64,000 bases of DNA. Source: Octopus vulgaris (lineage: Eukaryota). Position numbers and translations under genes: made by a program. Numbering within the stretch: position 1 is the first letter of the stretch; every line of letters starts with the position of its first letter. The notes beneath the pieces were generated by a model that had not been told where the DNA came from, did not search any database, and was given only the letters and a program-made list of their open reading frames with translations. Location of the stretch: assembly GCA_951406725.2 (NCBI GenBank), contig OX597841.1:16864001-16928000 (forward strand). The letters run 5' to 3'. Positions 56,470-64,000 of the stretch are shown here, piece after piece.

Positions 56470-57163
56470 GCTGTTGTTGTTGTTAGTGTTGTCGTTGTCA
56501 TATTACTATTAATAACATTATTATTGTTGTTGTTATGTCATTATTATTGTTATTATTGTTGTTGCTATGTCGTTAATATTGTTGTTGTTACCATATTATT
56601 ATTATTGTTGTTGTTGTCATTATTATTATTATTATTATTATTGTTGTTATTATTATTGTTGTTGTTGTCATTATTATTTTTGTTGTCATTATTATTTGTA
56701 TTCAAAACCGCTTTTTTTGCAGGTTAAACATGTCCCAAACGTATATGAACCGATATAGGCCTTTGGCCACTTACAAAACCTCTCATACACGTTCATCTCA
56801 TACTCTATTCCAGCCTGTCCATCGTGGCGGTGTCATTATTTCCTAATTAATGTTGAATTTTCCCTACGGAAGCCATGTCTTCCATAGTAATTTCAGGGTT
56901 TGTAACGCTTGTAGTTCATGATGTTGATAATAGCTTGAAACGCATTCATCATTCCGATATATATGTAATGTCCCAAGAAGATTTTATATATTTTTATATA
57001 TTTTTATATATTTTTTATGTATTTTATATATTTTTTTATATATTTTTATATAATTTTTATGACGAAAAATGCGAGCGATGTATAAGTACGCAGGCAAGCA
57101 GAGTTATAACAGAGTAATTTCCCTTTATTTAACGGTATTTTTTCATAACGTTTTCAAATAGCC

Positions 57164-57226
57164 AGATAACCGAAGAGATGGTGCTGTGGATGTCCACTTC
57201 GGCATCTGAAACTCAGAGTTTTATCT
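57164..57226 (+). ncRNA. type I hammerhead-like motif with CCGAAGA core
   Basis: AGAUAA-CCGAAGA-GAUG..GUGGA UG UCCAC..CAUC-U-GAAA-CUC A GAG-UU^UUAUCU; perfect 6-bp stem I. Confidence 0.65.
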
Positions 57227-57251
57227 TGACTACCGAGTAAAGTAACATATT

Positions 57252-57282
<31 letters not shown>

Positions 57283-57365
57283 AACAAAGTGGGGTTGTAG
57301 GGTACCGCACGAGTGGAATTATATACGAAAGAAGGTTTGAAAATGCAATTTTAAAAGATGTTTAT

Positions 57366-57410
57366 TTACTTTACCGGTTTCACTCTTTGGAAAAAGATTG
57401 TCAAAAGTAA
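57366..57410 (-). ncRNA. degenerate hammerhead motif
   Basis: UUACUU-UUGACAA-UCUUU UUCC AAAGA GU-GAAA-CCGG-UA^AAGUAA; two core substitutions. Confidence 0.5.
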
Positions 57411-57430
57411 CATGTAAAAGCTTGGTTGCG

Positions 57431-57479
<49 letters not shown>

Positions 57480-57737
57480 CATACTTACATATTATATTAG
57501 GGAATATGTCTAGTTACTAATTATATACTATTTATTTATCAATTCGTACTTTATTTAGTTCTAGGTAAATGTTTTTATCGTTTCTTTAACTTTTTTCTAT
57601 ATGCTATGATTTAATTATATCATTGTTGACTAGTTATATCGTGGTTCTTCTCTAATTTATATATATATCACCGGATATAGATTGATTTTCGTTATTTTTC
57701 CTCTCTACCTGCGTGAATTGTTTTCAAGTATTTTGGT

Positions 57738-57928
57738 TTTTTCTGGGAGTCCCTTTTTAAAGTAGAAGAAATAGCTAAGGTTTTCTAAACTTCGGTATGT
57801 GGTAAAGCAAATCTTTTGCTGAACCCTAATTATTAAGTATTACTTAAGTTTACCGTGAAGTGGTCCTTTTTCATGCCGAATTCTGCTTGGTGAAAATATT
57901 GATTGCTTCTTAATTAATTTTACCTTGT
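57738..57928. mobile_element. second copy of the two-module repeat seen at 19597-19800
   Basis: Shared AAGTAGAAG.AATAGCTAAG..CTAAACTTCGGTATGTGG and inverted CTTAAGTTTACCGT..CATGCCGAATTC module. Confidence 0.65.
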
Positions 57929-58015
57929 TATTATATATATATATACATATATATACATACACACATATATATACATACATACAAATGTATGTACATACAT
58001 ACATACACATATATA

Positions 58016-58111
<96 letters not shown>

Positions 58112-58136
58112 CACACACACATATATATATATATAT

Positions 58137-58185
<49 letters not shown>

Positions 58186-58699
58186 AACACATATATATAT
58201 ATATATATATACAAACACATATATATATATGTATAGCGAATATATTTTTATATACTTATATTTATGAATTTTTATATATTTATAAATTTCTGTGCATATG
58301 TATGTATTTATAAATTCTCAGAAATTTTTTTTGTGTATGAAATAGATGAATGCATCTATGTATGTCCTTTGCATACCATGGAGAATTTCGTTAATATGGT
58401 TTGAATGACTATATAAATCGACCTTTGAATTTTTCTCTCCTCTTTAATATATATATATATATATATATTTGTATGTACATATATATATTTGGCAACTGAT
58501 ATTTTACTCTTCTTTTATTCACATATTTAATATTATACCTATGAAGGAAGAAGTCTTGCTAACCACCTCATCATTACTGTATTTAATAGTAATAATGCTT
58601 TCAAAGCCAGCTGGAGACGATGATCTCCTGTGGCTAAAAGCTACAGTAACACCCACCCTTAGGGGTTAGCCATATTGAGATGGCTAGTATACTTTACGT

Positions 58700-58747
<48 letters not shown>

Positions 58748-58764
58748 TATCATACTGTATTATA

Positions 58765-59190
58765 TTATATGAGAGGAAAAAGCAAAAGGCAGAACGAATT
58801 TCTCGAGTCATTGAGAACAATATCATTAGGACAAGGTGAATTTTGAAGTCTTACAGCCGTTTCATAGATAACCGAAGTGGTAGATTAGCATGTCCACGCA
58901 CTGGGTATTCCGTCATTAGAGACAAGGTATGAAAGTACTAGAGCAGGGAAATTTACAGTTTACGAGGAATAGAGAGGACGAAAATAGTAAATAGAAGGAA
59001 ATAAAGTAAATGTAGAAAATGTACCTTGTCTCTGATGATGGAATGCTTACGGCTTGGACACGCTAACCTACCACTTGGCTTATCCCAGAAACGGCTGTAA
59101 GACTTCAAATTCTCCTTACCCTAATTAAATTGTTCTAAATGAGTTGAGATACCCCGTTCTACTTTGTTTTTTGCTTATTCCTCTAATATT
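58765..59190. mobile_element. imperfect inverted repeat element, arms about 165 bp, each with an HHR motif
   Basis: 58765-58930 vs 59021-59190, e.g. TTTGAAGTCTTACAGCCGTTTC / GAAACGGCTGTAAGACTTCAAA. Confidence 0.8.
59028..59103 (+). ncRNA. type I hammerhead ribozyme, canonical core, long stem II insert
   Basis: GUCU-CUGAUGA-UGG..CCA-GAAA-CGGCUG-UA^AGAC; predicted cut after 59099. Confidence 0.75.
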
Positions 59191-59346
59191 TTATATACCT
59201 GCTATAACGGAGCCCTAATGCGAATCTCTTGATCTGTCCTCAGCTGTGGACTTGGAACTTAACGGGCGTACAGTTTCGTGTAGATCACCAGTGAACTAAA
59301 CTCCTTATATTCTATGTATGTATGTATGTATGTATGTATGTATGTA

Positions 59347-59387
<41 letters not shown>

Positions 59388-59389
<2 letters not shown>

Positions 59390-59796
59390 TATTTTACTCT
59401 TTTACTTGTTTCAGTCATTTTGACTGCGGCCATGCTGGAGCATCGACTTTAGTCGAGCAAATCGACCCCGGGACTTATTCTTTGTAAGCCTAGTACTTAT
59501 TCTATCGGTCTCTTTTGCCGAACCGCTAAGTGACGGGGATATAAACACACCAGCATCGGTTGTCAAGCAATGCTAGGGGGACAAACACAGACACACAAAC
59601 ACTCACACATACATATATATATATATACATATATACGACGGGCTTCTTTCAGTTTCCTTCTACCAAATCCACTCACAAGGCATTGGTCGGTCCGAGGCTA
59701 TAGCAGAAGCCACTTGCCCAAAATGCCACGCAGTGGGACTGAACCCGGAACCATGTGGTTGGTAAGCAAGCTACTTACCACACAGCCACTCCTGCG

Positions 59797-59799
<3 letters not shown>
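59388..59799 (-). mobile_element. SINE family 1, full length
   Basis: Complete reverse-complement copy. Confidence 0.92.
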
Positions 59800-59843
<44 letters not shown>

Positions 59844-60444
59844 CAGATGATAATAACCATTACGAAATCTGTAAAAATATTCATCTCTGAATATTTGTTC
59901 CGTATATGTGGGTGTGTGTTTGTTTAAATAGTGAAATCCAATATAGTCGCGGTGCAGACACTTGGTTAATCTCAAGCATAGACAAAGATTGTATTGGTGA
60001 CACAAATTAGATGGTAATCGATTCATAATATTTCTTAATCAATGTGTCTAATACACTTCGAACAATATCGAATTAGACAGAAATTCCGGTAAGAGGACCA
60101 CCACTATACAGCTCGAGTATATAGCAACAAGTTCGCCACTTTTACGATAATGAAGTCATGGGTGAAGGGAACGGATTAGGTAGTCACGTACGACATATGT
60201 TTCTAAAGCTAACCGAACGCATATTTTGTAAATCTATTGTTCGGTGTTCCTTCTCTTTGGGATGCATTTTTACTTGTTTATAATTCCAAGTGACAGATAA
60301 AAAAGATCCGATGAGGAGAAACATTGAGCATTAACATCGGGCCTAAAAGTTACGTAAAATGCGTTCGGTGTGTCTTTTGAAACATATGCAGTATGCACCT
60401 ACCTATCCTATTCCCTTCACCCACGGACTCTATACACATATATA

Positions 60445-60481
<37 letters not shown>

Positions 60482-60937
60482 ATACACACATATATAAACA
60501 TATGTCGGAACGAACAACACGCAAACTTTATAAGCAGATAAGCATAGCGGTTCTTTCAGCATTGATGCGTCTGTCACGTGATACGCTGTGACACAGTAGA
60601 TCCGTGATATGTTCAAACTCACCACGGTCTCCGCGTGCATCTTTTTCACGAATGATACAATCTAGTTTTCGTGTTAATACGTGGTGGCATCAAAAACTTC
60701 CCAGATCATAAATCTTTTCTACTCTAGGCACATATATGTATGTATGTATAAAGGAATATAAAATATGGGACAAGAACGCAAAACATCCAGATAAATGATG
60801 CAAAAAAAGGGAGAAGTAAAAGCAAAGACGGGTCATTCGGTGTCTTCTTTCCTCAATAGAGTCTCAGATTATCTTTGCAATTTCGGCTGGGCATACTCGA
60901 GATTGCTCCAATCTGGCCAGCCCCAAGGAACAGTTAA

Positions 60938-60981
<44 letters not shown>

Positions 60982-61073
60982 TGTACATAATGATAATAAC
61001 TTAAAACTTATAATTATATAATTATAGGCAGAAAACACACACACATATATTTGTAGATATATATATGCACACA

Positions 61074-61133
<60 letters not shown>

Positions 61134-61298
61134 TAGATAGATAGATAGATAGATTGACACATTCATGCATACATACGTACAATCATATTTACATACGTAC
61201 ATATATATATATAAATACATACAAATGTGTCTGTATGTATATGTGTGTGTGTGTGTGTGTTTCTCTTTTGTCTATCTCAATATTGATCTCTAATGATC

Positions 61299-61339
<41 letters not shown>

Positions 61340-62061
61340 ATATCATGTGGTTGTAGGTGTGATTTCACTGGGATTTGACTGCTACCTCTAGCACTTAGAA
61401 CTACCGCTTAAAAATCCTCCCTGTCTAGCTGATAACGTTTGGTGGAATTCTAACTGTGGTGCTTTCCTTATCGCTAGAACAAAAACCATTCTGTCATGGA
61501 CACAGCAGGACAGCGTAAATTATGCATTCGCATTATTATATTTATCTGTTAATGGTGACAAACCGAAGAGAAATACTCAATACTGGAGCAAGAGTATAAA
61601 TATTTAAATTCGTACAATCGAAAACAGACTTTCGCTAGATTAAACCAACTCGGTCTCTGCAGACCAAGTTAAAGTCATTTGTTTTCTTTTACTGGTTACC
61701 CTCGTTCTACTCTGGCCATGCTGGGGCACTGCTATGAGTGGTTTAGTCAAAACAAATCGCCCTCTGGTACATTTTTTTTTTCATTTTTGATGTTGTGATG
61801 TGTATTCTATCGGTCAGGATTTTTATTTTATCGAACCGCTAAGTTTTGGGACAACAAATAACATTGGTTTTCAAGCGGGCGTGAGAGAGAAAAACAAACG
61901 CATATATGCCCACCCACATGGTCACACGTATACGCACACACAAAGAAACACAGACGCATACATTTATATATATATGTGTGTGTGTGCGTGTGTGTGTGTG
62001 TGCGTGTGTGTGTGTATATATATGTATATATTCAATATATTCATATAGATATATGTATATA

Positions 62062-62103
<42 letters not shown>

Positions 62104-62176
62104 ATTAGATAATATCACTTTAGGCATACTACTTAAAAATAAAAATGAAATGGTTAGCTGGAGATACGATAGTTTA

Positions 62177-62246
<70 letters not shown>

Positions 62247-62248
62247 TA

Positions 62249-62290
62249 CAGTAATCTCTCGCTATATCGCGGTTCACCTATTGCAGTTTA
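62249..62290 (+). mobile_element. pogo/Tigger-like TIR fragment
   Basis: TA|CAGTAATCTCTCGCTATATCGCGGTTCA. Confidence 0.45.
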
Positions 62291-62322
62291 TTATTTAAGC
62301 TTACGTAGATTCCTCTATGGTG

Positions 62323-62355
<33 letters not shown>

Positions 62356-62835
62356 TGTATGTATGTATGTATTCTATCCTGATGAAGGTGGCCCGTCTCA
62401 TCCTATGTTAAATGCATCCATACGGCCGCATATTGTGATGGGATAAATATACCAACATTATTATGGATCGCCGAGCCCCACAGAAACAGTTGTTGGGCTC
62501 ATAACACCTTTATGCCACCCCTTTGTAGTCTGCGCAGGTTGGACCCATTAATATAAATATATATAGTTGCCATAATGTAAATGTGTCGTAAATCCAAAAC
62601 GTTGCTTTTCTCAGTAACCAAAAAAAATATTTCCACCATTCCATAGCAAAACCGTTGTACTACACTTTGACAATGTTTGATATCTTGGCATCTGAAGCAG
62701 CTGGAGATACGATACTTTGACCAAAAGAACCGGAAGCCAAAATATATATTGAGAAAAAAAAAACGCATTTGGCCAAATTTGGACACACGACAGTTTAACA
62801 CAATATCAACGATATGTATGTATATATATACATAT

Positions 62836-63002
62836 CTATTTCTTTACTACCCACAAGGGGCTAAACACAGAGAGGACAAACAAGGACAGACAAACGGATT
62901 AAGTCAATTATATCGACCCCAGTGCGTAACTGGTGCTTATTTTATCGACCCCGAAAGGATGAAAGGCAAAGGCGACCTCGGCGGAATTTGAACTCAGAAC
63001 GT
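62836..63002 (-). mobile_element. SINE family 2, 3' part
   Basis: TATTTCTTTACTACCCACAAGGGG..ATCGACCCCGAAAGGATGAAAGGC..GGAATTTGAACTCAG. Confidence 0.88.
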
Positions 63003-63049
63003 ATGCTATTATGCAAAAGTGTCTTAAGTCCAAAACGTTGCTTTTTAAA

Positions 63050-63325
63050 AAGCGACACCAACTCGAAACAAAAACCGAACTGATGGCCAAGATGAAGGCT
63101 GTATTTGTAGATCTTCCCAATAAAATAGTGAGGAAAGCGAACGCCAAGTTCCCGAGCTGTCTTGAGGCCGTAATGGGCGCTGAGGGCGGTTAATATTTAA
63201 CTGATATATCCCAGCCATAGTCTAGTTAAACCTTGACCATTTATAAAAAAAAACCATTTATTTTGGGATGGTCGTTTCACTTCGTTTTAAGCAAACTATC
63301 AAATTTACCCCGACCACTTCCATAT
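63050..63325 (+). mobile_element. Tc1/mariner-superfamily transposase 3' relic with degenerate TIR
   Basis: TKTELMAKMKAVFVDLPNKIVRKANAKFPSCLEAVMGAEGG resembles the C-terminal ..RLEAVIxAxGG motif; ends TCAAATTTACCCCGACCAC. Confidence 0.65.
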
Positions 63326-63567
63326 AACTGCGTTTAGCAGTCATAACGCTGCTTAGTAGTTGTTTAATTAATTAATTAATTAATTAGTTCCAACTCGACA
63401 AAGCTTTATGTCCGTCAGCAAATGGTAAATTTGCTTTTGGAGTAGAGAATCAGAAGGCCCTTAGTGCTTGGGAAACGTGACTTGGTGTCTGTTAAAGACA
63501 ACGCGTAATCAACGGTAAACAAACGCATGCGCTCTACGGCCTGATGACGTCATTCATGATCAATAGT

Positions 63568-63971
63568 TATTTCTTTACTAAACACAGAGAGGACAAAAAA
63601 GGACAGACAAACGGGTTAAGTCGGTTATATCGACCCCAGTGCGTAACTGGTACTTAATTTATCGACCCCGAAAGGATGAAAGGTAAAGTCGACCTCGGCG
63701 GAATTTGAACTCAGAACGTAGCTGCAGACGAAATACCTATTTCTTTCTTACCCACAAGGGGCTAAACACAGAGGGGACAAACAAGGACAGAAATAGGTAT
63801 TAAGTCGATTACATCGACCCCAGTGAGAAACTGGTACTTAATTTATCGACCCCGAAAGGATGAAAGGCAAAGTCAACCTCGATGGAATTTGAACTCAGAA
63901 CGTAGCGGCAGAAGAAATACCGCTGAGCATTTCGTCCGGCGTGCTAACGTCTCTGCCAGCTCGTCGCAACC
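63568..63971 (-). mobile_element. SINE family 2, head plus duplicated body, with 15-bp TSD
   Basis: TSD TTCATGATCAATAGT at 63553-63567 and 63972-63986. Confidence 0.92.
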
Positions 63972-64000
63972 TTCATGATCAATAGTGTCTTGACAGACAC

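Noticed and set aside
56705-56850. Possible exon after TTTTTTGCAG acceptor
   Set aside because: Short frames, no recognisable protein similarity, no supporting neighbouring exons
60855-60935. GGCTGG/CCAGCC hairpin followed by GAAATTGCAA on the minus strand
   Set aside because: Structured repeat remnant, but no CUGANGA core or UH site in register

Overview
Eukaryotic, AT-rich, extremely microsatellite-dense DNA with no convincing intact protein-coding gene. Almost every entry in the ORF track is a (TA)n/(CA)n/(TG)n/(GAT)n/(TAA)n/(CTA)n artefact. The repeat content (three tRNA-derived SINE families in about 30 copies or fragments, TA/CA saturation) is most consistent with an octopus or other cephalopod intergenic/intronic region; this is an inference. 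Also present are relics of mariner/Tc1 and pogo-like DNA transposons, two non-autonomous Helitron-like elements, RTE and R4/Dong-type LINE fragments, and a probable Penelope-like 3' end. The main non-obvious signal is about 18 type I hammerhead ribozyme (HHR)-like motifs, intact to degenerate, from several unrelated short element families, most with a palindromic stem III. They include a 480-nt tandem retrozyme-like unit bounded by two HHRs (47927-48606), a perfect 145-bp inverted repeat with a canonical HHR in its loop (16363-16737), a head-to-head HHR pair (58765-59190), a six-copy family with a non-canonical CUGUNGA core, two CCGANGA-core variants, and an oddly permuted HHR cluster (54004-54180). 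All structures were read by eye and none is shown to cleave.
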